Below, in pieces: positions 10,159 through 20,549 of a stretch of DNA of 64,000 bases. The position numbers and the translations under genes are program-made. Position 1 is the first letter of the stretch. The number at the start of each line of letters is the position of its first letter. Source of the stretch: Candidatus Bathyarchaeum sp. (lineage in GTDB: Archaea > Thermoproteota > Bathyarchaeia > Bathyarchaeales > Bathyarchaeaceae); contig JAOZIF010000137.1 in assembly GCA_026014495.1 (NCBI GenBank), forward strand, positions 1 to 64,000, given 5' to 3'. A model generated the notes under the pieces. It searched no databases, was not told where the DNA came from, and was given only the letters and a program-made list of their open reading frames with translations.

Positions 10159-11085
10159 TCAATTATTTCGTAGTTGGCTGGAAATAAATCCAAACATCCA
10201 AGCAGTCATCTTGAAGCAATAGTGAATGGGCAACAAAAACACATTCTTTTTATTTACTAATCTATAGCCAGTCAAAGAATAAAGAAAACCAGTTATAAAA
10301 CCTGCAGGAGGAGACATTCGACTAACAGATAGCGCTTCTTTTGTCTCGGCTTGAAGTGTTTGACAACCTTGCCCGTACCAATAATACTTTTTCCACAAGT
10401 CACTGAACGATGACATTCCATTGTGCAACTCATAAAAAATGGCGTCATTTAATCTTATTTTCCAGCCAGCATACTTAATTTTGAAGACAACATTCACATC
10501 TTCGCCCGCGCCGGTAAAGCGCTCATCAAAGCCACCTACGTGGTTTAAGGCTACAACACGAAAAGTTGTGCCACCAGTACCAGGTAATTTTTCAGTCTTC
10601 CAAATGAAACTTCTTGGTTTTCCAAAGTTAGCATGATTAACAATATGGGGTACAAGTTCAAGATTTAAAACAAGATTCTTTGAAACAAGACCAAAAACAC
10701 CTGCAGTTATTGCAACATCAGGGTTTTGTTCTAAGAATTCGACTTGCTTACGTATGTAACTTGTAGTCAGAATTTCATCCGAGTCAACCCATGTTATGTA
10801 ATCGCCGTCTGCGTTATTAAGAATTAAATTTCTTGCTGAACCCAAACCCTGCCACTTAGTTTTGAAAACCTTGGTTTGAATGTCCATCTTTGTGACGTAA
10901 TTAGCCACAATTTGCGGTGTGTGATCTTCGCTACCATCGTCAACAAAAATTACTTGCATTTTTTCATGAGAAAAGTCTTGATTAATTATGCTATTAATTG
11001 CTTTTGGTAAAGTATTTTCACAGTTACGTAAGCACATACCTACTGTAACCACTGGCTTCATAGTGGATTCCACTTTTGATTTCAA
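10159..11085 (-). CDS. Glycosyltransferase family 2
   Basis: FVDDGSEDHT, GLGSARN, WVDSDE, GGFDERFTGAGED; overlaps the upstream acyltransferase by 4 nt. Confidence 0.92.
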   Translation of the reverse strand: MKSKVESTMKPVVTVGMCLRNCENTLPKAINSIINQDFSHEKMQVIFVDDGSEDHTPQIVANYVTKMDIQTKVFKTKWQGLGSARNLILNNADGDYITWVDSDEILTTSYIRKQVEFLEQNPDVAITAGVFGLVSKNLVLNLELVPHIVNHANFGKPRSFIWKTEKLPGTGGTTFRVVALNHVGGFDERFTGAGEDVNVVFKIKYAGWKIRLNDAIFYELHNGMSSFSDLWKKYYWYGQGCQTLQAETKEALSVSRMSPPAGFITGFLYSLTGYRLVNKKNVFLLPIHYCFKMTAWMFGFISSQLRNN

Positions 11086-11507
11086 CAGCTTGGTGGTTTA
11101 AAGAATTTAATTGGCTTTGCAGGAACACCAACTGCAAGACAGTTATCGGGTATATCCTTGTTTACCACTGCACCAGCACCAATAACTGCATTTTCACCTA
11201 TAGTAACGCCAGGAAGTATAGTGACATTTATTGAGATTCGTGCACCTTTCTTGATTACAACTGGACATATTCCACCCTCATCTGCTTTGTATCCTCTTAA
11301 CACATTTGAGTGTGAAAGGATGTAATCAAACCCAGCAATTATAACATCATCACCAATTGTAATGTCCGAAAAGTGGACATCAAGAAAAACATGACTACCA
11401 AAAACATATGGATTACCAATTTTTATGCCTGCTTTCCTATACATAGCTATTCTTAATTTTTCTGAAGGAGAATACATTCCCAAAAAGCGCAGTAACGATT
11501 TAAACAT
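11082..11507 (-). CDS. Hexapeptide-repeat (left-handed beta-helix) acyltransferase
   Basis: VTILPGVTIGENAVIGAGAVVNKDIPDNCLAVGVPAKPIK. Confidence 0.92.
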   Translation of the reverse strand: MFKSLLRFLGMYSPSEKLRIAMYRKAGIKIGNPYVFGSHVFLDVHFSDITIGDDVIIAGFDYILSHSNVLRGYKADEGGICPVVIKKGARISINVTILPGVTIGENAVIGAGAVVNKDIPDNCLAVGVPAKPIKFFKPPSC

Positions 11508-11590
11508 ACAAGTTCCTCACAGTTTATTATATGAATCTAAAAACAATATTTATTCTTACTTCCAAAAAGTCGACTAAAAAAGTTCATAAC

Positions 11591-12502
11591 TCAGTTTGAT
11601 TTTTTATGCCCATAACCAGTTAAGTGACCCTTCAAGAAACCTGCCATCCAAGCAACCCTTTTGAAAGTGTAATGGAAGGGCAATAGAAAAGAAAACTTCT
11701 TGTGAGTTATTTTAAAGCCACTCTTACAACGAATTAAACCAGCGACAAAACCAGCCATAGGTGTCATTTTCAAAAGCGATATTGAATGGGCGTCTTTATG
11801 AAAGACAAAGTGACCTCCGTAGCCATACCACATGTATTGTGTCCAAAGGGAAAGAAGTGAATTTCGTGTGAATTCGACAAAAACTTCATCTGTTGACTCC
11901 AGTTTCCAACCAGTTTTGACTAATCGGGATACTAGTTCGGTATCTTCTGCTGCACCCTTTATGTTAACATCGAAACCTCCACTGTTTCTTACAGCATCAA
12001 CTCTATGGATGGCGCCTTCGGTTCCAGGTAAATAGCCATATGTTGACGATTCTTTTTCTCCGCAACTAGAGTCGACGACATAAACCAGATTTTCCAAGTC
12101 AGCAACAACGCCGTGACCCAGACATAAACCATATTTTCCTGCTGCAACGGCTACACGGGGGTTTTTTTCCATGAATTCAACTTGTCCTCTGGTGTATGTG
12201 TTGGATAGAACCATGTCTCCGTCTACCCATATTATGTATTTACTTTGGGCTTTGTCAACAACAATCTGCCGTGCAGCGCCTAAACCAGTAATATTGCGGT
12301 ATATTCGGTAAGTGATGTCTATATCGGAAAGGTAGTCTTTCACGATTGATAATGTCTGGTCGTTACTGAAGCCTTCAACGACAATTAGTTCAATTAAATG
12401 ATGAGGAAAGTCTTGACTGATTATGCTTTGCATTGTCTTTGCAATGGTCTCGTCTACATTCTTTATGCATAGACCAAGTGTGACAATTGGTGAGTTTGTC
12501 AA
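11591..12502 (-). CDS. Glycosyltransferase family 2 (paralog of 10159-11085)
   Basis: VVEGFSNDQT, GLGAARQ, WVDGDM, GGFDVNIKGAAED. Confidence 0.92.
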   Translation of the reverse strand: MTNSPIVTLGLCIKNVDETIAKTMQSIISQDFPHHLIELIVVEGFSNDQTLSIVKDYLSDIDITYRIYRNITGLGAARQIVVDKAQSKYIIWVDGDMVLSNTYTRGQVEFMEKNPRVAVAAGKYGLCLGHGVVADLENLVYVVDSSCGEKESSTYGYLPGTEGAIHRVDAVRNSGGFDVNIKGAAEDTELVSRLVKTGWKLESTDEVFVEFTRNSLLSLWTQYMWYGYGGHFVFHKDAHSISLLKMTPMAGFVAGLIRCKSGFKITHKKFSFLLPFHYTFKRVAWMAGFLKGHLTGYGHKKSN

Positions 12503-12566
12503 AGTTTTCAGTCGTCTCCTACGAATAAAAAATCAGACGGTGAGTTATGTTAAGCGTCTCACTCAT

Positions 12567-13787
12567 TCAGATTAAACCCTTTTCTTTGAGCATGTCTTCA
12601 GTTATGAGTGACCGAGCCTCTTGACTGGTTTTCCACAGTTTAAATCCACTACTTGTGACAAATGTTGTTAAAGCAGCCAATAGAATACAGTTGTTTTGTA
12701 TTACTTCGATTAACATTGTTCTAGTTTTTCTAATCAGCAATGCTGGACAAAGCATCACCAAAAACGCCGCCAACAATACAGGATATTGCATAAACACAAA
12801 AACGGAAATAACACCTAGAACGACAAACAGAACAGGATTAAAAAGGTGCAAGAAAAGCTCGGGCACAGCTATTTTCTTAGGAAGCTTCAGTTTTCGGTTA
12901 ACCAGTAACTTAAGAGACTTGATCCATAGACGCTGTAATTGGTTTGCACGTCTAATCTTCAAAGTTATCTTGCTTTTCCAGTCTGTTGGAAAAATAGTGT
13001 AGAAGCCCACTTCAGGAATTAGTAGGCTTCTGCTGTTTCTTTGCACAACATCAAAGGCTGTGCCAGAATCGTCTGTTTCATGATTGAATTCCTGAAGGAA
13101 TTTGCGTTTATAGGCTGCGAATCCGCCTTGAAAAAAGATTGTTGAATGTACTTTTGATTCGCCAATTCGAATTGATTGGACAGTGTTATCAAAAAATTGT
13201 TCTCCTACGGTAACCCATGAGCTTTGAGAGTTAAACAATAGCTCTCTTGCAGTTATTGCACCCACAGTTGGGTCTGATAGGTATGGCAAAGCTTTTATCA
13301 ATATATCTGAGTGCAAAAAGCAATCTGCATCGGATACTACTATAACATCACCTGTTGCATGTTTTAGGGCAAAATTTAGAGCTCTTGTTTTTCCTTCCCG
13401 TTCAGTTCTGCTTAATACTTTTATGTCCAAACAATCATTATTGCTTACAAATTCGTTTATTTCATCTATCGTTTTATCGGTTGAAGCGTCATTTACGAGT
13501 ATGGTCTCAAATTTCTTGCTAGGGTAATTAACTTTGCACAGGTTCTCCAACTTGAATCGAATGGTTTTTTCTTCATTACACACAGGCACTATGATACTTA
13601 TAGACGGATCATAGCTTTCAGTCAGCTTCAGATTCCAAGGTTTTGATGATTGACGTCTCATATACAGGTAATATATGCCTGAAAAACCTGAGAAAACGAA
13701 GAGTAGCAAAGCCCAAGCTACAAGCATCAAAATCATAAAAAAAATCACTCTTTTAGAACTCTTCTGAACAAAGAATAATCCATTCAA
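12567..13787 (-). CDS. Membrane-bound GT2 (CesA/PgaC/IcaA-like)
   Basis: N-terminal TM, SIIVPVCNEE, VNDASTD, GKTRALN, SDAD, ETDDSG, RRANQLQRLW, C-terminal TMs. Confidence 0.85.
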   Translation of the reverse strand: MNGLFFVQKSSKRVIFFMILMLVAWALLLFVFSGFSGIYYLYMRRQSSKPWNLKLTESYDPSISIIVPVCNEEKTIRFKLENLCKVNYPSKKFETILVNDASTDKTIDEINEFVSNNDCLDIKVLSRTEREGKTRALNFALKHATGDVIVVSDADCFLHSDILIKALPYLSDPTVGAITARELLFNSQSSWVTVGEQFFDNTVQSIRIGESKVHSTIFFQGGFAAYKRKFLQEFNHETDDSGTAFDVVQRNSRSLLIPEVGFYTIFPTDWKSKITLKIRRANQLQRLWIKSLKLLVNRKLKLPKKIAVPELFLHLFNPVLFVVLGVISVFVFMQYPVLLAAFLVMLCPALLIRKTRTMLIEVIQNNCILLAALTTFVTSSGFKLWKTSQEARSLITEDMLKEKGLI

Positions 13788-13796
13788 AAAATGGAC

Positions 13797-14708
13797 TCAG
13801 ATATTTTTGTTCAAGCGCTCATCGAACAGCTTGAATGTTTCACGTGCGTGGCTCTCTTTTGACACTCCTGCGACTACGCCTTTCAAATTGCTAAGATTTG
13901 CTAAGTAGGCTACAGCTTCAGGTGGTTTGAAGTAACCTGCTGCTAGCACACTTATAGCTAATACTATTGGGCTAGAAATATTAGACAAGGTGTTCTCAAA
14001 TTCGGTCCTTGATGGGTTCATTTGGAAACCTGCCTTGTTGAAAGGTGTTGCAATCAAAGTTTGGTCCAGATTAATATTCCATTCATTGAATTTTCTTACG
14101 AAAAGTGGAAGATTGCGAGTGTTAAATCCTGGAGTTATGCCTTTTTTAGAAAGAAATGAGGTGAAAGATTTGAATAACCAATCAAAGTTTAAAGCTAAAC
14201 CCATGTCTGTCAATACTTCATGGAGTAAAACTGATGACAGGTTTGCTTTTTTGCCAGCTGCCGCTTTTATTTTGTTAATTTCGTATGAAACATACGTTTT
14301 CAAGAGACTTTCAGGTTTCATCCTAAAAGCTCCGTTTAAGCCTCCAAAAATTGCCTGAACATCACCTGACAGTGCCATCTGTTTCACAACGTTCTTGGCT
14401 AAGCCAGGAGTTCCAGTCTGAGTTGCAATTCTAACGTATTCAAAGACGTAAGGGACTATTGCATGAAGCTCTAGTTTATCAATTTTCTCTCGTTCTCGTA
14501 AGGTTTTTAGAATTGTTAAGGTTAGGTCGCTCACAGAAAACATGAAACCTGTTGCACCGTTCTCAACAGCAGTTAGGATCAAGTCTGCCTTATCTGCTGC
14601 GGAAACATCGCCGTCGGCTCTACTTCGAGCCTGTTCTTGAGAGAGATGGCTGATTCCATGAAATGGATTGTCTCCTACTAGGAGCATGGTTCGCACTTTT
14701 TTATTCAT
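13797..14708 (-). CDS. Conserved hypothetical protein, probable TIM-barrel
   Basis: LLVGDNPFHGISH start, PFNKAGFQMNP; start overlaps the stop of the upstream oxidoreductase at 14708. Confidence 0.7.
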   Translation of the reverse strand: MNKKVRTMLLVGDNPFHGISHLSQEQARSRADGDVSAADKADLILTAVENGATGFMFSVSDLTLTILKTLREREKIDKLELHAIVPYVFEYVRIATQTGTPGLAKNVVKQMALSGDVQAIFGGLNGAFRMKPESLLKTYVSYEINKIKAAAGKKANLSSVLLHEVLTDMGLALNFDWLFKSFTSFLSKKGITPGFNTRNLPLFVRKFNEWNINLDQTLIATPFNKAGFQMNPSRTEFENTLSNISSPIVLAISVLAAGYFKPPEAVAYLANLSNLKGVVAGVSKESHARETFKLFDERLNKNI

Positions 14709-15718
14709 TATTGTTCACTTCTTGTTTTTACTTGTTCAATTATGTAGTCAACTTTCGAGGATGTCTCAAAGTTTGGTTCACAATGCTTGTTTTCTAACAA
14801 CGAATTAACGAAATGTTGGTTTTCTCTGAAGTATTCTGCATCACCTATCGAAAAATACACATTGTCATTAAGGTCATGTCTGTACCACTTCTGTTGGGTA
14901 CCATCACTTGAGGTCAAGAGTAATCTGTCGTCGTTTACATCTATTGTTCCATCAGAGCATTTGATGAACAAACCAAATTCTGGCATTCGATAATTTGGCA
15001 TTTGTTGGGAAACATTGATCTGTCCGGATAACCCTGCAGAATTAGTAACTGTGAAAGAAACTGATAGTTCAGAACCAGTTTCATTTCTTGTGCTGGACAA
15101 AACATTTTGAACATCGAAATCGCCAAGTATCCAGAGTGATAAGTCTATTATGTGACAACCGATGTCTCTGAGCGCGCCACCACGTGATGCAGAAGACATT
15201 GACTCCTTTGTTAGTCCAAGAAAATCTGAAGAATATGCATAAGCCTTGAAAGATTTTATTTTGCCCAGATTTCCTTGTTGTAATAATTCTTTAGCTTTCC
15301 CAAAAACAACAGAAAACCGTTTCATGTAACCAACCATGGTGATGCTGTCTGAGTTCTTGGCAAGTTCACACATTTCTTTAGCTTGCTCATAGTTGGTGGC
15401 AAGTGCCTTTTCCACGAACAAGTGACGAGCTATTTCTTTTTCATACAAAGTCTTTACTATTGATGAATGTGAAGAGATAGGAGTCGTCACGTAAGCTACG
15501 TCAAGGTCTAACCCTGCGAGTTTATCAATGTCATTAACAACAAGAACTCCTGTTGGTGAAAAGATTTTTTTATAAAGCCTATTCAGCAATTTGCTTTTGT
15601 CACATAATGCTACTAGTTCGACGTTAGAGAAAACATTCAAAAGGCTTGAATGCAACAGGCCCATTTTTCCTAACCCGATAACAGCAACTCTAAGTTTTTG
15701 TTTTTTCAAAGTATACAC
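14708..15718 (-). CDS. Gfo/Idh/MocA family oxidoreductase
   Basis: VAVIGLGKMG Rossmann motif, HLFVEKALA, VGYMKRF, GGALRDIGCHIID. Confidence 0.93.
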   Translation of the reverse strand: MYTLKKQKLRVAVIGLGKMGLLHSSLLNVFSNVELVALCDKSKLLNRLYKKIFSPTGVLVVNDIDKLAGLDLDVAYVTTPISSHSSIVKTLYEKEIARHLFVEKALATNYEQAKEMCELAKNSDSITMVGYMKRFSVVFGKAKELLQQGNLGKIKSFKAYAYSSDFLGLTKESMSSASRGGALRDIGCHIIDLSLWILGDFDVQNVLSSTRNETGSELSVSFTVTNSAGLSGQINVSQQMPNYRMPEFGLFIKCSDGTIDVNDDRLLLTSSDGTQQKWYRHDLNDNVYFSIGDAEYFRENQHFVNSLLENKHCEPNFETSSKVDYIIEQVKTRSEQ

Positions 15719-15837
15719 AACCTAATTTAAGTCTGTTTTTGACTAACCATTTGTTTTGAAATATCAAATCAAAACTGTTAAGCGAATAGCATCAGCTGTA
15801 AACATTAATAAATAAAGCAAAATAGAGGAGAACGTAA

Positions 15838-16584
15838 TTAAATGTTCATTGCGCCTCTGAAAAGAGTTTTCAAGATGCTAAATCCATCTCTAAAAGTGTT
15901 AAGATTAGAAATACCATAACGTCTTGCGCGCTCAATACTTGGAATTTCATGAACAGTTAGTCCGAGCAATTTCGATTTTATACAAATCTCTGTTTCAATT
16001 TCGAAATTCTCACTCTCTAGAACAGGATTAAGACAGCGTAATGCGTCTTTTTTGAACGCCATATAGCCATAGCATAAATCGGAATAGTTAGTAAGAAACA
16101 TGAAGTTTGAAATCCCTGTTAGAATCCTGTTGCCAACACGCCTTAATGGAGTTAAATCTTCAGAGCCACCGCAAGGCAAAAACCTCGAACCCTTTACAAC
16201 ATCTGCGCCCAGCTCTACAGCTTCAGCGAATCGAAATATCTCTTTTGGGTCCATTGACCCGTCAGCATCCAACATTACAGTAATGTCACTGGTACGCATA
16301 CTTTCTTGGAAAGCTTCACGCAATGCACCACCTTTACCTGATCCGTTCTGAAGAATGACTTTGGCTCCGAGCGTCTTAGCAATTTCAACAGTCTTGTCTT
16401 TTGAATGCCCATCTACAACTAAGATGTCGGCACAGCCTATTTGTTTTAAACTATTGATTATATCGTATATGTTTTTTTCTTCATTTAGCGTAGGAATAAT
16501 GACTGTTACTCGATTATTCCCAAACTGTGAATCATTCATCCGCATACTCACCATCATTCTTCTGAACAAAACAGTTATTTTCAT
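15838..16584 (-). CDS. GT2, polyprenol-phosphate glycosyltransferase-like
   Basis: VIIPTLNEE, VVDGHSKDKT, GKGGALR, MLDADGSMDP, VKGSRF, FEIETE, RRYGISNL. Confidence 0.9.
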   Translation of the reverse strand: MKITVLFRRMMVSMRMNDSQFGNNRVTVIIPTLNEEKNIYDIINSLKQIGCADILVVDGHSKDKTVEIAKTLGAKVILQNGSGKGGALREAFQESMRTSDITVMLDADGSMDPKEIFRFAEAVELGADVVKGSRFLPCGGSEDLTPLRRVGNRILTGISNFMFLTNYSDLCYGYMAFKKDALRCLNPVLESENFEIETEICIKSKLLGLTVHEIPSIERARRYGISNLNTFRDGFSILKTLFRGAMNI

Positions 16585-16715
16585 GCAATGTATGTTTTAA
16601 TTTCATGCAAAGTATATTATTTAAATATGGATGGATTCTGTTTATAGAACAAAAATTTATCTTTTTCATACATTAAACGGTGTATTTTGTATCTGACACA
16701 CAGATTTTAACTGTA

Positions 16716-17402
16716 TTAGCTTTTGTCAATGTAAAATCTTTCAGTATTCTTAAAGTATCTATCAACATTTTCCACAACAGGCTTTTTGGAATTGTTCAAA
16801 ACCACTGACAACTCACTAGTAAACTGCTTAACAGCTTTCTTTTTAAGAGAAAGATACTCCGAAATATCGACGTCAGCAATGCAATCTTTGTACACGTCAA
16901 TCAATCGTTCAATGCGGGGTCCAAAATTCAAAAATCTATGCATCACAGAATATTGATACCTAATAGACGTTAACTTCAGATTTTGAAGGCATCTCCTAAT
17001 AATTCGATTCGCAGCGCGATGGTCAGGATGAGAATCACGCATAAACGGAAAATAGACCTCAACTGGAGAGTGTTTTTTGAGTATTTCAGTTATTTTTTGT
17101 TCAGCAACAGTTTCATGTTCTTTAAGCATTCTATCTTCAAAATCGAGAAACACTAAGTTTTCAACAGGTACACCTAATACAGTTGTAGCATCAATTACTT
17201 CTTTCTTTCTGATTTTGACTATCGCATCGGGAGTTATATCCGAGTTTAGATCTAAACAGTTAGAAAATGCATGCCTCCCATCGGTTAATAAAACGATGTA
17301 GACTTGATAGTTTTCACTAAGTTTTTTAGCGATTGTTCCACCACAACCCAAAGTCTCGTCATCTGGATGCGGAGAAAACACTACTATTGGTTTATCCATC
17401 AA
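16716..17402 (-). CDS. PIG-L/LmbE family N-acetylhexosamine deacetylase
   Basis: FSPHPDDETLGCGGTI, IRKKEVIDATTVLGV, DSHPDHRA zinc motifs. Confidence 0.93.
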   Translation of the reverse strand: MMDKPIVVFSPHPDDETLGCGGTIAKKLSENYQVYIVLLTDGRHAFSNCLDLNSDITPDAIVKIRKKEVIDATTVLGVPVENLVFLDFEDRMLKEHETVAEQKITEILKKHSPVEVYFPFMRDSHPDHRAANRIIRRCLQNLKLTSIRYQYSVMHRFLNFGPRIERLIDVYKDCIADVDISEYLSLKKKAVKQFTSELSVVLNNSKKPVVENVDRYFKNTERFYIDKS

Positions 17403-17466
17403 ACAACACTCTCATTTACGCATTAGGTAACCAAAGAAAAATAACAATTATTCATAAACACAAATT

Positions 17467-18588
17467 TTAATTTGATAAAATGTCTTTTTTCAAAGAAAAA
17501 CTAAGTTTCTTTGCCAAATTATCAACAGTGCTACTACAGGTAATCCAGTTGTAAAACTTACTATGCAAACTATTGCGCACTAACCTAACTTCAAAATTCT
17601 TTCTGTAGGTGTGCGTCCATCTTTTTTTGTACGCTTCAGCACCTCTCATAAGATCATATTCCTTAATTCCATTTTCTATACAGCGCTTCAAAATGAGCAT
17701 TATTGTGAGACTCCCAGCAGAATAAACAGAATACTCAGGAAGAAAACCCGAGAGATAATAATACGTCTTTTCAGCATAATCAAAGGAATAGTGACCTGCA
17801 ATGGGTTCATCGTTAGCCATTAAGAAATAAAGACTCAACCAGTTTTTATCATTAAAACGTTCAGCGACATCTACATGAAAATCACGAAAAGCTCCATCAT
17901 GAAAAGCCCCTGACAATCCTTCCGAGTTCCATTTTTTTTGATGTATCTCCATGAAAACATTTATAGCTTCATTAACTGAGAGTCCAACCTCGTCAAACTT
18001 TTTAAAATCTATTTTATGATTTTGCTTAATTCGTCGTAGTTTTTTGTTCAGGTCCTGTCGCATGTTGCAGCTCAACCCTTTCATAAAACTTTCAAACGAA
18101 TCAGGCAAAGTAATATACGGACACACATTGTAAACTCTTTCTTGAACATCTAAATTGAACGGAACATTGGAAAAGAGGTTGCCAGAATAATTTTTGCTTT
18201 CAGGAATTTCCTTAAGCTCAATCCAATCCCAGTCTGCAACGACATTCACCAAATAATCCATTATAATATTTAGACACTTTTCTTTTTGTTCAGCAATAAT
18301 AAAATTGTTATAATCAGAATGGCGGGTTCCCACAAATTCTACTTTTTTAACTGAACCCAAACCAGGCATCTTATACTTCGATAACATTAGTGGAGCAATA
18401 GCACAAACCTTGTCTTCATCTTCAACAGTTAAAAGCAAAAGGCGCCTGTTAGACCCGAAATGCTTCCACCAAGTAGACAACCAGGCCCAAGTCAAGAAAA
18501 CGTTGTTACCAAAAAGGTTGCTTTCAAGAACAGTGTCCCATGTTTCCTTAACACCATCAAAGTTATCCACTTCGTTTAGTTTCAACAT
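17467..18588 (-). CDS. GNAT acyltransferase, CelD/BcsL (Acetyltransf_6, Fem-like) family
   Basis: VFLTWAWLSTWWKHF, GTRHSDYNNFI, YLSGFLPEYSVYSAG, YDLMRGAEAYKKRW. Confidence 0.9.
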   Translation of the reverse strand: MLKLNEVDNFDGVKETWDTVLESNLFGNNVFLTWAWLSTWWKHFGSNRRLLLLTVEDEDKVCAIAPLMLSKYKMPGLGSVKKVEFVGTRHSDYNNFIIAEQKEKCLNIIMDYLVNVVADWDWIELKEIPESKNYSGNLFSNVPFNLDVQERVYNVCPYITLPDSFESFMKGLSCNMRQDLNKKLRRIKQNHKIDFKKFDEVGLSVNEAINVFMEIHQKKWNSEGLSGAFHDGAFRDFHVDVAERFNDKNWLSLYFLMANDEPIAGHYSFDYAEKTYYYLSGFLPEYSVYSAGSLTIMLILKRCIENGIKEYDLMRGAEAYKKRWTHTYRKNFEVRLVRNSLHSKFYNWITCSSTVDNLAKKLSFSLKKDILSN

Positions 18589-18625
18589 TAATATCCCTCA
18601 CGCTTAAGTCAGCTAACAGGAGACA

Positions 18626-19507
18626 TCATTTTTCTCTGAAAATACGCAGATAAGCAGAAGCAGCCATTGCACGGAGATCGTCTTTCAAAACTTTCTTAGG
18701 AAAAGCCTGTTTGAAGTAAGAAAAATCTCCAACAGGAGAAAAAGTTGAGTCCCAAACACCATCACGGGAAGCCACAGTAATTTGTTTCACTGAACGAGTT
18801 GAAATACCCATAAGTTTTGAGGCAGCAATATCTGCTACAAGAGGGTTGTCACAAGACATCACCAAGTTCAATTGTTTAGCGTATTTTCCATGTGCAACTA
18901 GACCATCGACTACAACCAAATCAGTTTTGATTTGCTTGTTTATGAAAACTATTGCTTCGTCCAATACTTTGTGATACTTGAACTTTTGTGGATAAGCGTT
19001 ACATCCATAAAAATTCTTTAGTGCACACGTAATTTTCACACCGTGCATATACTTTAGTTTAGGAACGTTTACCACAAGATCGGCTTCATAAAATAGTTCA
19101 GGTATATGGAACGTGAATAGTGAACGACCGATTCTAGCGTCGATGATACGGCATTTCTTTTCGGTTAAATTGACTAAGTTTACGTCTTTTTCTTTAGCCA
19201 TCTTGTCATATTCAAGCATCTTGAAGGCATGTTTGCATTTCATGGCGGAGGCGTCTGATTCTACGACGAAAATTTCAGAAGTTCGGGCAAAATTTTCTCT
19301 AAAAACGTCAATCAGAGCAGCAACGAATAATGGATCAGTGACTTCTCCAGTTGAAGGGTGATAATAGTAACACATATTTGGTTTTATTACGATTTTATCA
19401 GCGTTCCTGTTAAAGTTGAATCCAATTAAATCTAGAGATTCTTTGATTGCAGCTTTCAATGTATCTGGATTACAGTTCTCAGTACGAACAAAACTTACAG
19501 TGCTCAA
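18626..19507 (-). CDS. DUF362 domain protein
   Basis: IVIKPNM, VVESD, VNVPKLK, TCALKNFYG, VVVDG, DNPLVADIAASKLMG. Confidence 0.85.
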   Translation of the reverse strand: MSTVSFVRTENCNPDTLKAAIKESLDLIGFNFNRNADKIVIKPNMCYYYHPSTGEVTDPLFVAALIDVFRENFARTSEIFVVESDASAMKCKHAFKMLEYDKMAKEKDVNLVNLTEKKCRIIDARIGRSLFTFHIPELFYEADLVVNVPKLKYMHGVKITCALKNFYGCNAYPQKFKYHKVLDEAIVFINKQIKTDLVVVDGLVAHGKYAKQLNLVMSCDNPLVADIAASKLMGISTRSVKQITVASRDGVWDSTFSPVGDFSYFKQAFPKKVLKDDLRAMAASAYLRIFREK

Positions 19508-19522
19508 GTCTTTTCCTCCTTT

Positions 19523-20524
19523 TTAGGTGTGCAGTCCTGAATTCTTCATCGCGTTTTTGTATGCAGAATCAATTACTTTCAAGCCATACAAGCCAGCATC
19601 TCCTGAAGGCTGAGGCTGCTCATCTTTCTGTAAACTGCTAACAAAATGTTCTAGTTCCAAGTAGTTAGAATCCTTTTTATTTAACCCAAATTTGCGTGCA
19701 ATACCGTTCCAGAAGATTTTTGAAGTGCTCTGAGGAGAAATTTGAACCAGCATATTTTGGGCAGTCCCACAAACTTGAACCGATTGCAAAAAGTCTGTTG
19801 AGAACCATCCTACTTTAGCAGTTGCTACAGGACCGTCCTTAAACTTTAGCACACAAGTCGCAGCATCCTCCAACTCGAGGTTAAACATGTGTTCTAAAAA
19901 ACATTCTACATGAACGACTTCACCGAAATACCAGCTTAACAAGTCAATCAGATGTGAACCAAGGTCTAGTAAAACACCGCCTCCAGATAGTTCTTTGTCA
20001 AGCCACCATGACGGAACTTTAACAGGACCAACATGGTCACTTCTTGGAGAGAATGGACCACCACTGACATTGGTGACCTCCGCCAATTTAATGCTGCCAA
20101 ACAAACCATCTTTTATTCCATCATATAGGTTTGAAAGAATGGGGTTAAATCTCATATCATATCCCATCATCAGTTTAACACCGTTCTTTCTGACAGCTGA
20201 CAGAATTTCCTTCCCTTCATCAACAGTTCTAGCTAGCGGTTTCTCCAGAAGAATGGCTTTTCCAGCTTCTGCCGCTTTCTCTGCACCATCACGATGAAGA
20301 AAGTTGGGCAAACTAACGACAACTGCGTCAACAGCGTCATTTTTCAAAAGGTCATCATAGTTAGCGTAAACGTCTTTGATACCCATTCCTTTTGCATACC
20401 TTCGGGCTTTTTGAGATAAATCTGCCACGGCCACGGTTTTTGCGCCCTCTAGCCGTAGAGAATTACGAAGACTTACTTTGCCTTGTTCTCCAAGCCCAAT
20501 TAATCCTAAATTTACCTGTTTCAT
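19523..20524 (-). CDS. Gfo/Idh/MocA family oxidoreductase
   Basis: GLIGLGEQG, LPNFLH, ILLEKPLA, GYDMRFNP, SGGGVLLDLGSHLID. Confidence 0.93.
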   Translation of the reverse strand: MKQVNLGLIGLGEQGKVSLRNSLRLEGAKTVAVADLSQKARRYAKGMGIKDVYANYDDLLKNDAVDAVVVSLPNFLHRDGAEKAAEAGKAILLEKPLARTVDEGKEILSAVRKNGVKLMMGYDMRFNPILSNLYDGIKDGLFGSIKLAEVTNVSGGPFSPRSDHVGPVKVPSWWLDKELSGGGVLLDLGSHLIDLLSWYFGEVVHVECFLEHMFNLELEDAATCVLKFKDGPVATAKVGWFSTDFLQSVQVCGTAQNMLVQISPQSTSKIFWNGIARKFGLNKKDSNYLELEHFVSSLQKDEQPQPSGDAGLYGLKVIDSAYKNAMKNSGLHT

Positions 20525-20549
20525 AATCTATCTCTCATTTTATAAAAAA

